IMG/VR virus record: IMGVR_UViG_2700989551_000001
Reading direction: 5' to 3' (one strand)
From: an uncultured virus (IMG/VR IMGVR_UViG_2700989551_000001)
Lineage: Duplodnaviria > Heunggongvirae > Uroviricota > Caudoviricetes
DNA length: 64,000 nucleotides
Shown here: in pieces, positions 39,175 to 50,525 of the stretch
How the letters are laid out: every line of letters starts with the position of its first letter
How positions within the stretch are numbered: position 1 is the first letter of the stretch
The notes under the pieces: generated by a model
Databases searched by the model: none
What the model was told of the DNA's origin: nothing
What the model saw: only the letters and a program-made list of their open reading frames with translations
Translations under genes and position numbers: made by a program

Positions 39175-42100
39175 TCCAGGGAACCGTCGACGCGCACCAC
39201 CACCGGGATCGCGCTCGCCGCATCCCCCACCTGCAGGTAGGCGACCGACCCGCGCAGCAGCCCGCCCGTCTCCGGATCCCTCAACGGGTACAGGCTCTCC
39301 CAGTCCGGGGCCCGGGAATCCGGATCCACATACCTGTCATGCATCATGCGCGCATGCATGCGCCCGTCCAACGGCTGGTTCGCGAGCCGGCAGGCGGCCT
39401 GCGCCTGGCTGTCGCGGCCCGAACCCTCGTTGCGGGCCCCCACGGCCAGCACGTACACCTTGCCGACGAAATCCTCGATCCCCGCGTCCACGAACTCGTC
39501 GGCCTTCTGGGAGAGCATCATCACCATGTAATGCTGGTCGCGGGCCAGACGGCCCATACGGTCGACGACGCTCCGGCCGAACCGGTCCTGCAGCAGGCTC
39601 CACGCCTCGTCGATGACGACGGCCCCGTTGCGGCCGATCACCAGGCAGGAGGCGCCCAGCGCGGCCATGCGGCACACCCAGCGCTGCACGTCGGTGGGCG
39701 CGCCCTGGATCTCCTTGTCGGTGATCACGTTCAACGAGCCCGCGCTGATCAGGGTCATGCCCTGGCTCAGGGACAGGCGGCGCCCGCCCGGCTCCGTCCC
39801 GTAGATGAGCGGCATCAACGGGTCGTTCTTGACGGCACGGTCCAACACGGGCCGGATCCTTTCGACGAGCGGGTCGATGTCCTTCGCCTCCCGTCCCCTA
39901 TGGGAATACTCCTCCCAGGCGAGGCGCACGCATTCGCCCAGACAGTCGGCGCCATGGCGCAAACCGTAGCCGACGATGCTGGACACGCCCATCTCCCAGG
40001 CGCGGTCCGGGTTCGCGCCGCCCGTGATCTGGCTGAGCATCGCGACCGACGTCTGCACGATCGTGTCCGTCATATGCCTGGGGATGCAGCGCAGCGGGTC
40101 GAGGATGCCGCGCGCCTCCGGCCGGTCGAGCTTGACGACCACGCCGCCGCGTTTCCTCACGAACGGTTCGAAGTCGGATGATTTCGGTTTCGGATCCCAG
40201 AAGACGACGGGGATCTGCACGCCGGGATGCTCGGGGTCGGGCAGACGCCCCCATTGGGCGGCGACATGCAGGCCGAGCCGGGTGTTATGCGTGGGCACGT
40301 AGCCGCCGATCAGGTACGTGCGATCGGGGCTGGCAATGCTCAGACAACGGTGCGGGCAGTCGGCGATCGGCCGGATGCCTTTCACGTACAGCCATTTCGA
40401 GGTCTCACGCAATTCAGTGGGGAGAAGCGCGCGTTTGCGCGGCAGGGAGAACACGGGCAGGCTTGTGGTGAACGTGAGGCGCAGACGGTCGCGGGTCTCG
40501 TGGCGTTCCCCGTCCGCCGTGTATCCGGCCTTCGTGCGGGTGGCCTCGTGCACGACGACGCCCAGGGAGCGCAGAAGACGGGTCAGCCCGTCGACGATCG
40601 GCTTGTGGTCGATGGACTGGGTGAACTCGACGCTCCCGTTCCGGTCGATGGCGCCGTCCTGGTCGAGCAGGCCTCGCACGAGTTCGAGCCTCTGTTCGAC
40701 ATCGGCATGGAAATAGGGTTCGGGGATGTGCTTGTCGCCGTAAAGCCCGTTCGCCCGGAGCTGTCGGACAAGGCGTTTCGCGTAGGTCTTCTGCGGGTCG
40801 CACGCACTCCGGGTGACCTCGTATCCGGCGGTTCGCAGACGGTTCTCCAGATGGTCGAGGTCGCCGTTCGACGGGTCGGAAGCGAAGCCGCCGCCGGTCT
40901 TCGACCCGTCAGCCAGCCATGCGCCGAGCGTCCACGGGTCGATGGGCAGGTCCGTGCGGACGCCCTGGACGGGGGCCGTGGCGCGGATCGCCCAGTTCGC
41001 CTGCCCGCCGTCGGCGAGCAGCCCCTCGTCGAGCATCTCGCGGGTGGTGACGGTCTGTTCGCCGTGTCCGGACCCGGGTTCGTCCCGGTACCGCCAGCCG
41101 ATGCGGTCGGCGAGGCGGGCGAGGGCGAGCGGCGCGGGCCATGCGACGCGCATGCGACGGGCCGTTCCCGCAGGCTCCGCCCGCGGCCCGTCGTAGGATC
41201 TCAGGGCGGACTCGAACGCGCCTTTCGATACGCCGAGGTCCCCGAACCGTTCCAGGAGCCAAGCCGTGTCGATCGGTTCGGCGGGAGGGTCGGCGATGAG
41301 CCCGTCGAGCCTGGCGAGCCGCAGCGCCCTGGCTTCGACCCCGAAACCGTTGCCGACGGTGTGCTCCCACCTGTCGCGGATGTGCCCGAGCAGCGGGGCG
41401 GGCTCGTAGAAGCGTCCCCCGGGCCTGTTGCGCGCCCTGCCGGGCTGCATGCGGGAGGGCACGTCGGCGAAGCGGAGCGCGTTCCTCACCCACGTCTCCC
41501 CGCCCTTGCCCGCGAACGGCGCGACGAGGGGCCGGACCTCGCGCCAGATGCGTTCGCAGTCCCACCATTCGTCCATGCCGTGTCCGGCGGCCATGGCGCG
41601 CAGCCGTTCCTGCGCCTTCCGGACCCGTTCGCGGCGTTCGAGGCTCTTCCGGTGTTTGCCGGTGCGGGCGAAGTTGCGGTCGCGCCATGTCCACGCGCAC
41701 CATTGATGGTCGCCGCTGGCTTTGATCCTCTGCCCGTCGGACAGGACGATCTCGTACATGTCGTCGTCACCGATGGGGCTCATGCCGAGAATCGGGTAGG
41801 TTTTCCCGTCGCGCGCATAGAGCATGTCGCCGTCCTCGAGGTCGCGCAACGGCACGAGGCCGCCCTCGGGGAACCTTTTCTGCGGGGGGACGGGGAGAGA
41901 CGTGTCGAGGGAAACCGATTTTCCGGATCCTGTGCTGCCCACGATTATGGAAATCGCTTTCCCACTGCGTCTGGACGCGGCGAACGGCGAATCGTAGACC
42001 GGCTGCCCGTCCGCCTCCGTGACGCCCACGAACGCGCCCGGCAGGTCGGAGTCCAGGCCGCGCCCCGAATCGTCGCCCGTCATGGAACAGCCCGCGAGCC

Positions 42101-43319
42101 CGCTGAACGCGAGGATCGGGGCCGGCCAGTACAGGGGGGACGGATCGTATTCGATCATGTCGTCGGAACCGATCTGCATGTCCTCGAACGCGGCCTCCTG
42201 ACGGTCCGGGTTCAACCCGACGTGCCCCGGATAGGGGACGCGGTTCGACTGCTCCACGATCATGGGCAGTGCGGCGTGCGCGTGCGCCTGGACGAGCGTG
42301 GGCCACGGCTTGCCGTCCGCCTGGTATTCGCCGTTCGCCGCCTCCAGCTCGCGCGCCACGCCCAGGTTCGCCTTGCGGCCGCCCGCCGCCTGCTCGTACG
42401 CCTTGTCGAGCACCTTGTCCGCGTCCTTGTCCAATTGCTCGCGGGTCATCTCCCCCGGTTCGACCAGGCCCTTCACGCTGATCGCGACCGCCCCGCACCG
42501 GCTCGCGTCCAGGAGGCCGGCCGCCCAGTCGGAGCCGGGGGCGGTGTTGTTCTCGCCCTTGAAGGGGAGCACGCCGAGCGTGACCACGGTCAAAGGGTAG
42601 GAGCCGGGAATCCTCGCCGACCATTTGCGGCAGTCGTCGACCTTCTCGCGCATGCGGGCCGCGACGAACGCGGACCGGTAGTCGGGGAACGTGTGCATGT
42701 GGTCGTGCTCGACCATGACGGGCAATCCCTCGGGCTTGCGGTCGGTGGGCCAGAACGCCATGGCGCGGCGCATCGTCGCGTCGGACGGGATGCGGCAGCC
42801 CGCGTCCTCCATGAGGGCGCGCACATCCTCCAGATCGTGTTCGAACGCGTCGTCGGGCGTCCACCCGTCCTCGTCGGCGACGCCTTTCAGGAACCCTTTC
42901 ACGCCGCCCTGCCCGCCGCCCGTGTTCAGCCGGACGCCGAACAGGGTGAACCGGTCGCGCACGGCGAGCCCTTCCTGTTCGGCGGCGAGGCGCAGCCGGT
43001 TGTCCGGGTCGAGCGTGGGGCTGGGTTCGAAGGGGCGCGACCCGCTGACCGCGAGGATGTGGACCCGCCGGTACAGGCCCTTCATGGCCTTGCGTCCGGC
43101 GAATGGGACGCGCGGCGTCCGGTCGGCGAGCCCGCCGAGTATCGACAGCATGGGGCGGGCGGCCTTCAAACGCTCCTCCATGCCGGACGCGTCCGTGACG
43201 GACGGCTGGTCGGGCATCCTCATGTACAGCCATGCGGCGCCGTTGACCGTGCGCACGAACCCGCCGCCCATATGCCGGGCGAACGTGCCCGTCTCCCTGA
43301 CAATGCGTTTCCTCGTCAT
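39171..43319 (-). CDS. VirB4-like conjugative ATPase containing an intein
   Basis: Walker A GSTGSGK/T split by an intein; WDPK; Walker B VVIDEAW; RLARDQ..MLSQ. Confidence 0.82.
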   Translation of the reverse strand: MTRKRIVRETGTFARHMGGGFVRTVNGAAWLYMRMPDQPSVTDASGMEERLKAARPMLSILGGLADRTPRVPFAGRKAMKGLYRRVHILAVSGSRPFEPSPTLDPDNRLRLAAEQEGLAVRDRFTLFGVRLNTGGGQGGVKGFLKGVADEDGWTPDDAFEHDLEDVRALMEDAGCRIPSDATMRRAMAFWPTDRKPEGLPVMVEHDHMHTFPDYRSAFVAARMREKVDDCRKWSARIPGSYPLTVVTLGVLPFKGENNTAPGSDWAAGLLDASRCGAVAISVKGLVEPGEMTREQLDKDADKVLDKAYEQAAGGRKANLGVARELEAANGEYQADGKPWPTLVQAHAHAALPMIVEQSNRVPYPGHVGLNPDRQEAAFEDMQIGSDDMIEYDPSPLYWPAPILAFSGLAGCSMTGDDSGRGLDSDLPGAFVGVTEADGQPVYDSPFAASRRSGKAISIIVGSTGSGKSVSLDTSLPVPPQKRFPEGGLVPLRDLEDGDMLYARDGKTYPILGMSPIGDDDMYEIVLSDGQRIKASGDHQWCAWTWRDRNFARTGKHRKSLERRERVRKAQERLRAMAAGHGMDEWWDCERIWREVRPLVAPFAGKGGETWVRNALRFADVPSRMQPGRARNRPGGRFYEPAPLLGHIRDRWEHTVGNGFGVEARALRLARLDGLIADPPAEPIDTAWLLERFGDLGVSKGAFESALRSYDGPRAEPAGTARRMRVAWPAPLALARLADRIGWRYRDEPGSGHGEQTVTTREMLDEGLLADGGQANWAIRATAPVQGVRTDLPIDPWTLGAWLADGSKTGGGFASDPSNGDLDHLENRLRTAGYEVTRSACDPQKTYAKRLVRQLRANGLYGDKHIPEPYFHADVEQRLELVRGLLDQDGAIDRNGSVEFTQSIDHKPIVDGLTRLLRSLGVVVHEATRTKAGYTADGERHETRDRLRLTFTTSLPVFSLPRKRALLPTELRETSKWLYVKGIRPIADCPHRCLSIASPDRTYLIGGYVPTHNTRLGLHVAAQWGRLPDPEHPGVQIPVVFWDPKPKSSDFEPFVRKRGGVVVKLDRPEARGILDPLRCIPRHMTDTIVQTSVAMLSQITGGANPDRAWEMGVSSIVGYGLRHGADCLGECVRLAWEEYSHRGREAKDIDPLVERIRPVLDRAVKNDPLMPLIYGTEPGGRRLSLSQGMTLISAGSLNVITDKEIQGAPTDVQRWVCRMAALGASCLVIGRNGAVVIDEAWSLLQDRFGRSVVDRMGRLARDQHYMVMMLSQKADEFVDAGIEDFVGKVYVLAVGARNEGSGRDSQAQAACRLANQPLDGRMHARMMHDRYVDPDSRAPDWESLYPLRDPETGGLLRGSVAYLQVGDAASAIPVVVRVDGSLD
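40284..41918 (-). mobile_element. Intein (545 aa) with LAGLIDADG homing endonuclease
   Basis: Starts SVSLDT after GSGK; block B IKASGDHQW; LGAWLADG and VRGLLDQDG; ends VPTHN followed by Thr. Confidence 0.92.
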
Positions 43320-43350
43320 GCGGCGCGCCTATGCGCGCGTCGCATGACGG

Positions 43351-44563
43351 TCAGCCGAGCGTGGCGAGGATCACGCCCAGACCGTCCGGATCCGTCGGAT
43401 CCGAGCACAGGCGCGCCAGCAGGCCGGCCGCCTCGCGCATCGCGCGCCGCGCATCCGGCGACCCCGCAGCCAGCAGCCGCAACTGGCGTGGCGTGTAGCC
43501 GCCGTGCCGTCGGCACCGGTAGAGCACGTCCATCGCATGCGCGTCCGCGTAGGCGAGCAGCATGTCCACCTGCGCGGACGACAGGCCGTCGCCGAGGCGG
43601 GCGAGCGTGGCCGCGCCCGAACCACGTTCGAGGATCATGTCGACGCGGCGGGGCGTGAACATCTGCCTTTCGACGCTGAGGGAGAGGCGTTCCAGCAGGC
43701 CGGCCGACCCGTGCGCCGCCCAATGGTCGTACAGGGTTTCGGTCAGGCGTTCGCGGCGCGGATCGTCGTCGGGCATCCAGCCGGACAGGTAGGAGCCGAC
43801 CATGTCCGGGTCGCCGTGTTCGAGCAGGAGGCGGATGTCCTTCTCCGTGAGCGTGGGACGGTCCGAACCGTCGCGTGCCGCGGCGTCCGGCGCGTACAGG
43901 CTCCAGCACGCCCGGTCGGCCAGGCCGGATTCGACGATCCGGCGCAACAGGGCCGCGTCCGGCCGGCCGTACCGGAGCACGAGCCATGCGGCGTCCGGGC
44001 TTCCGGTTTCGAACAGGCGGACGGCGCGGTCGGCGATCCAGCCGGGGGCACGGTATTCGAGTTTCGTCAGGACCCCCGGGTCCGTCTCCTTGCCGAACAC
44101 GTGCAGACGGTCGTCGGGCGTATGGTCCACCAGTTCGAGGCGCACCGTCGGATCCGGATCGTCCAGGAACGAATCCAGCCGGCCGTCCGTCAGCATGCCC
44201 ATATGCTTCAACGCGTCCAGACGGATTTTCGGATCCGGGTCCGCGAGCACGAGGCCGGGTTCATGCGCGGCGAGCGCGCGGCGTATGGCCTTCGGGCAGC
44301 GGTTCGCCCGCCTCCGCCATGCGTATCGCGTCACGGGCCGTGTCGCGTCCCATGCCGGTGACGGTCAGGCGGCGCGCGCGCCAGCCTCCGGCCGCATCGT
44401 CCACGGCGAAGCAGCCGGTGCGGGCGGCCGCGCGCGCCGCGTTCGCGCTCGCCGCCTCGAACGAGTTCGGCACGGTCCCGCCCCATTGTTCGCGGGTCTC
44501 CGGCTCGCCGTAGTGGGCCATCAGCAGGTTCCATTGGCTTTCCGACAGTTTCCTAAGGCTCAT
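43351..44563 (-). pseudogene. Helical-repeat (HEAT/LRV-like) protein with one frameshift near 44295
   Basis: ORF 44563.. (MSLRKL..GEPLP) continues in another frame as KAIRRALAAHE..; LADPDPKIR and LDDPDPTVR repeats. May be a sequencing indel. Confidence 0.6.
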
Positions 44564-44643
44564 CGTGTTCTCCCGTCATCGCGCCCCGGCATCGTCGCCG
44601 CGACGCATGCGTCCCCCCGGCGGACGTTTTTTTTCAGCCCGAT

Positions 44644-46014
<1,371 letters not shown>

Positions 46015-46034
46015 TCAGTCGGCCTCCGGGCCGT

Positions 46035-46386
46035 GTATGCATTCCGGCCGGGCTGTATGCATCCGTATGCATCAGGGGATGCATACACGCCCGTTCTCCG
46101 TTTCGGCTTGTTTCCGGCGTTCCGGGGCGGCCTCCACGCGTGTATGCATTGTATGCATCATTCCCTTATAGAGGATTCGGGAAAAGGAAGGAAACCCCAT
46201 ATATTGATGCATACAATGCATACAAGATAAAGGAATTATATTTTTTCCTTTATTTATAAGGGTTTTCGGGCTTTTTCCGGGCTTTTTCTGTATGCATCCC
46301 CGGATGCATACAGATGCATACATCGGGGCGAGAATAATACTTTAAGGTATGATTTCGGATACGGGGCTTTACAATATTGTAAAGCC
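46035..46386. repeat. Iteron-like block, copy 2 (direct repeat of 425-755)
   Basis: Near-identical nested IRs and AT-rich core; palindrome GGCTTTACAATATTGTAAAGCC at 46365-46386. Confidence 0.88.
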
Positions 46387-46444
46387 GGAGAGCCGACGCC
46401 TATACTCCAAGGTATAGTCCGGCGGAACGAAAGGAACCCCGCAC

Positions 46445-46990
46445 ATGGACGAAACCGTCCGCATGCTCGCATCGAAAGGGATCGCCCAGGTCCCGACGGC
46501 CGACGGCCTCGTCTGCACGAACCCGCTGCTTCCGGACGGGCGGTGCGCGATCCTGTCCGACGACGACGGGCGCATCACCGTCCGGCTCTGCCGGCCCGGC
46601 GGAAGCGGACCGTCACGCATCGTGGCCGGCGCGGACGTGGCCGGCGCGGTGGCCGGATGGCTCACCGGCCTGGCCGCCGCCCGGCATTCGCGCGGGCTCA
46701 CGCAGGCCGAACTCGCCGCGGCGGCGGGCATTGCCCCCGCGCGGGTCAGCCGATACGAAACCGGCCGCATCCGCGACGCCGCCAACATCGCCGCCGGCAC
46801 GTTGGACCGGCTTGCCCGGGCGCTCCACATGGACATGGGCGACCTGTACCGGATCATGACCGGCAGGCTGGAGCCCCTGTCCGTACCCGTCAAGCCGTCC
46901 GACCCCCTCCCCGCGCCCGATTCCGCGAAGCCCATGCCCGAGCCTCCGGCGCGCGACCTCCCGTGGGATCCGGACCCGTGGAATGCGTGA
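46445..46990 (+). CDS. XRE-family HTH regulator
   Basis: LAAARHSRGLTQAELAAAAGIAPARVSRYETG..LDRLARAL; SD AAAGGA. Confidence 0.85.
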   Translation: MDETVRMLASKGIAQVPTADGLVCTNPLLPDGRCAILSDDDGRITVRLCRPGGSGPSRIVAGADVAGAVAGWLTGLAAARHSRGLTQAELAAAAGIAPARVSRYETGRIRDAANIAAGTLDRLARALHMDMGDLYRIMTGRLEPLSVPVKPSDPLPAPDSAKPMPEPPARDLPWDPDPWNA

Positions 46991-47005
46991 CGCATACCCG
47001 GGGGC

Positions 47006-47563
47006 ATGAGCACACACGACAATGACGACAAGCCGGTCCGCCTCCTGTGGGTGGACACGGAGACCACGGGCCTCGACCCACACAAGGATCCCATCCTCGA
47101 AATCGGCATGATCGCCACCGGCCCCGATCTGAAGCCGGTGGACGACGGGTTCCACACGACCGTCCACTGGGACGGGAAACCGTCCGAATTCATCCAGGGC
47201 ATGCACGGGCCAAACGGGCTGCTCGCCGAATGCGCGCACCCGAGCGCCCCCCACATGTTCGCCGCCGCCCTGTCCGCACGCGACTACGTGGCCCGACACC
47301 TCGACCAGGGGGTGCGGCTCCTGCCCGCCGGCAGCACCGTCCGCTTCGACCGGAACATGATCGACAGCTGGATGCCCGGCGTGCTCGACGGCTGCTCCCA
47401 CCGGTCCCTGGACATCAGCGCCGTCTGCGAGGCGGTCCGCATGTGGAACCCCGCGATCCTGCCCGACATGGAACCGTCCACCGACCACCGGGTCATGCAC
47501 TGCCTGGCCGACACGCTCCGCTACGCGCGCGCATACCGGGGGCTCATATGCTCGATCGGCTGA
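47006..47563 (+). CDS. orn: Oligoribonuclease (DEDDh exonuclease)
   Basis: LLWVDTETTGLD, ILEIG, MHGPNGL, AGSTVRFDR, HRSLDIS, HRVMHCL (last catalytic motif is divergent). Confidence 0.8.
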   Translation: MSTHDNDDKPVRLLWVDTETTGLDPHKDPILEIGMIATGPDLKPVDDGFHTTVHWDGKPSEFIQGMHGPNGLLAECAHPSAPHMFAAALSARDYVARHLDQGVRLLPAGSTVRFDRNMIDSWMPGVLDGCSHRSLDISAVCEAVRMWNPAILPDMEPSTDHRVMHCLADTLRYARAYRGLICSIG

Positions 47564-47847
47564 AACACGCGCCCGCCCGCCTGTGGGCGTGGCTGAAACG
47601 CCTCCCCCGCCGGATCGGCGCATGGACCATGTCCGAGCGCGGCCGCATCGTATGGACGCGCCTGCTCGCCGCCCTCCTCCTGCTCCCCCTCGCCCCGTCC
47701 CTGACCGTCGTATGGAAGATCATGTTCGAGGGCGGCACCGTCGCCGACCAGACCGTCGTCATCTACATCACGATCCTCATCCTCCTGATCCGGGGCATGC
47801 GACGCGGCCTGAAACGCCATCCCCGCGACAAGGAGGACGAGCGGTGA
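47548..47847 (+). CDS. Small membrane protein
   Basis: Two hydrophobic segments; CGCATAC 12 nt upstream. Confidence 0.6.
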   Translation: MLDRLKHAPARLWAWLKRLPRRIGAWTMSERGRIVWTRLLAALLLLPLAPSLTVVWKIMFEGGTVADQTVVIYITILILLIRGMRRGLKRHPRDKEDER

Positions 47848-48233
47848 GACGCCCGCCGCGCGGGTTCACCTCCTACGCCGCCTACGCCCTCTGGCATGCG
47901 GCCGTGTTCGCGTCCATGAACCTCCTGTACTGGCCGGCGGTCATCCCCGGACTCGCCGGAACGGTCCCGCCCGCGGCGGGCGTCCTGGTCGCGGGCATCG
48001 GGATCACGCTCGCCGCAGGCGTCGAATGCACGCAGGGATACGGTTTCGAGGAGGCACGCGAAGGCGGCTTCCATACCGGCCTCGCGGTCGCATGCCAGAT
48101 GCCCGCCGTCTGCTTCCGCCTCATCCTCCTGACCATGGGAACGCCGGACGGAACCCTGTTCTGGACGCGCACGCTCGCCGTCCTGGGCGTGCTCGCATGG
48201 CAGACATGCTGCATCGTCATGGACCGGCTGTGA
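47844..48233 (+). CDS. Four-TM membrane protein
   Basis: SD AAGGAGG, GTGA overlap, hydrophobic segments. Confidence 0.65.
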   Translation: MRRPPRGFTSYAAYALWHAAVFASMNLLYWPAVIPGLAGTVPPAAGVLVAGIGITLAAGVECTQGYGFEEAREGGFHTGLAVACQMPAVCFRLILLTMGTPDGTLFWTRTLAVLGVLAWQTCCIVMDRL

Positions 48234-48931
48234 CCACAATGGGACGCATGACCAGACTCATCGACTACGGGGCGTGGGCGTCGTCCCGCTCCGACCCGTC
48301 GAAACGCCGCACATGGCCGTTGCGCCGCGCCGGATGGCGTTTCGACCGCGCGTCCGGCGCATGGGACGGGCCGGACGGCGAACGGCTGACCGTATCCTTC
48401 CTCGGGTTCGCCATCCTCGAACGGGAGGACGCGGACTGGGAGCATCCCGGCACGGGCTACGGGACGCAATGGCATGGCGGCAGGTACGGCATGCCATATG
48501 CCCGACGCGTCGACGGCGACTGGAGGCCCCGCGTGGCCGTCATGCTCGCCCGGAACGCCGTCAAGGTCCAGGATCTGATGCTCTCCCGTCCCCTGACCGC
48601 CGTGTCCGCGGCGGACGCGCGCCGGCTCCTCGTCCGGTGCCGGCGCGCCGCCGACCTGTATCCGCCCGACGATCCGGACCTGTTCCGGCGTCTCATGGAC
48701 GGATTGGAGGAGAGGACGACGCGTATCGGATCGTACGCCATGGTGGAATACCGGCGGGGGTTCGCCGGCCCGGTCCTCGCCCTGGCGGGCGGCCTGCTCA
48801 CCCCGGTCGGCTCGTTCCTCCTCGGATCCGATCCGGCGGGGTTGGCGGGCATCGCCGCGCTCGCCGCCGGACTCGCCTGCTCCGGACTGTCCTCGCTGAT
48901 CGACGGGACGGAACGCGCGGGCGGCGCATAG
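48230..48931 (+). CDS. Hypothetical protein with C-terminal TM pair
   Basis: Coupled to the upstream stop; start could also be 48239 or 48248. Confidence 0.6.
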   Translation: MTTMGRMTRLIDYGAWASSRSDPSKRRTWPLRRAGWRFDRASGAWDGPDGERLTVSFLGFAILEREDADWEHPGTGYGTQWHGGRYGMPYARRVDGDWRPRVAVMLARNAVKVQDLMLSRPLTAVSAADARRLLVRCRRAADLYPPDDPDLFRRLMDGLEERTTRIGSYAMVEYRRGFAGPVLALAGGLLTPVGSFLLGSDPAGLAGIAALAAGLACSGLSSLIDGTERAGGA

Positions 48932-48975
48932 GCGTCGCGCCGACGGCATGATCCGTTCATGAAAAGCGATATGCC

Positions 48976-49312
48976 ATGACCAATCCGAACCCAACCAATC
49001 TCAATACGCGCAACCGCAACCAGCCTACGGGCAGCCGAACTATGCGCCGCCAGTTCAACCCCGTATACCCGCAGCCCACGGCATCCTATGGGAGAACCCC
49101 CTCCGACACAGGCTCCTTCGGTTTGGGCTGTTCTCGGCTTCTTCATTCCTCTGGTCGGGCTTATTCTGTGGATGATCTGGAAGAACGACCGTCCTGGTGA
49201 TGCGGGCATGGCAGGCAAAGGCGCACTGGTTTCAGCGATCATCAACGTCGTGCTCTTCATCCTATGGATCGTGTTCGCAGGCATCCTATTCGCCGCATCC
49301 GGCTCCTACTAA
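48976..49312 (+). pseudogene. Gln/Pro-rich two-TM membrane protein, frameshifted
   Basis: QYAQPQPAYGQP, DTGSFG and WAVLGFFIPLVGLILW lie in different frames, with shifts at short homopolymers. Confidence 0.6.
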
Positions 49313-49404
49313 AGAGACAAACCGAAACGACAGTCCCATAAAAGACGAGGGCGGCACATCCCATGAGAATAGGATGCGTCGCCCTCGCTCCTGAAAAGGA
49401 TAGG

Positions 49405-50406
49405 TTAACTGCAGGGAACTTGGACGCCCGGCTTGCCACTGGTATCAATCACCCAGCAATCTTCATAATAACCGTCATCACCACCAGAGGAGCCTCCGTT
49501 GCCGCCGCCCTGGGAAGGCTGCTGTGGCTGCGGCTGTGGCGTCGGCGTATAGCCGCCTCCGTTACCGGTGGGCTGCTGTGGCATGTACGTGTAGCCGCCG
49601 CCCTGGGATTGCGTGTAGCCTCCGCCCGTGTATCCGGTGTAGCCACCGGTCGTATCGCCCGTGTAGGAGGAGCCGTTGTCCGGCGCCTGGGCGGCATTGT
49701 CGGCCGCCTGCTTCTCCTTTTCGGCCTTGGCCTTCGCGTCCGCATCCGACTTCGCCTTGATGGAGTCGTTGACCGTCTTCATGGCGTCCGAGATCGCCTT
49801 CCCGTCCTTCGATTTGATGGCGTTCTCCAATGCGGCGCGAACCTTGTCGTCCTTCACCCTGCCCTTCGAATCATTCAGGATTCTGGTCGCGTCGGCGACG
49901 GTCTTGTCGAGCTTCGAGGCGTTCACGGCCTCGGCCTTGCCCTTGACCTCGCCTACGGTCTTCGCATACGCGGTCGCGGTCTTGTCGAGCCACGCGGTCA
50001 CGGCCTTGATGTCCTTCAACCCATCCGCCGGGCATCCGGGGATATCGGTCTTCGTCTTCGAGGCCGTCTTCACGGTCGAAGCCAACGTCCCGACCGTTTT
50101 CGCGTCCTTGACCTCCGAATCCTTGACCCTGATTGCGGTCTTCAAGGCGTCCGACTTCAGGTATTCCGTCAGCTTCTTCCGCGCCTTCACCGCCCTGTCG
50201 TATGAGGTGGCGCATTCCTCCGAAGCCGCCGTCAACCGATCATGGTTCCAATACAGGCATCCGCCGATACCGCCCGCCGCGAGGACGACGGCGCATCCGC
50301 CCGCGATCACCGGCACCAGCCACTTCGGGCGCTTCGGTTTCGAGGCGGCGCGGGCGGCCCCCGACGGTTCCGTCGGGGGCTGGGGCACGGGATTCGATCC
50401 GCTCAT
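49405..50406 (-). CDS. Membrane-anchored helical surface protein, tandem copy A
   Basis: N-terminal TM, Lys/Ala-rich helices, Gly/Tyr/Thr-rich tail; near-identical to 50526-51536. Confidence 0.8.
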   Translation of the reverse strand: MSGSNPVPQPPTEPSGAARAASKPKRPKWLVPVIAGGCAVVLAAGGIGGCLYWNHDRLTAASEECATSYDRAVKARKKLTEYLKSDALKTAIRVKDSEVKDAKTVGTLASTVKTASKTKTDIPGCPADGLKDIKAVTAWLDKTATAYAKTVGEVKGKAEAVNASKLDKTVADATRILNDSKGRVKDDKVRAALENAIKSKDGKAISDAMKTVNDSIKAKSDADAKAKAEKEKQAADNAAQAPDNGSSYTGDTTGGYTGYTGGGYTQSQGGGYTYMPQQPTGNGGGYTPTPQPQPQQPSQGGGNGGSSGGDDGYYEDCWVIDTSGKPGVQVPCS

Positions 50407-50465
50407 GTTATGTTCCTCTTTCATGTTTCCGCTACGCGCACGATGATAAATCATCAAAACAATAA

Positions 50466-50506
50466 AGAGGTGTGGCATATCCCATTATGGGATATGCCAC
50501 ACCTCT
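50466..50506. terminator. Perfect hairpin between the tandem paralogs
   Basis: AGAGGTGTGGCATATCCCA-TTA-TGGGATATGCCACACCTCT. Confidence 0.75.
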
Positions 50507-50525
50507 CACGCGGAAAGAGGAATGA

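Noticed and set aside
20343..43319. Relaxase gene
   Set aside because: No HUH/MOB motifs recognised in any ORF other than TnpA; it is presumably outside the window or unrecognised.
646..43658. Many long antisense or alternate-frame ORFs (e.g. 646-3456, 11516-16204, 17052-19985, 25207-27909, 36030-39107, 40227-43658)
   Set aside because: They are shadows of real genes in high-GC DNA: Arg/Gly/Pro-rich, with no motifs or start signals.
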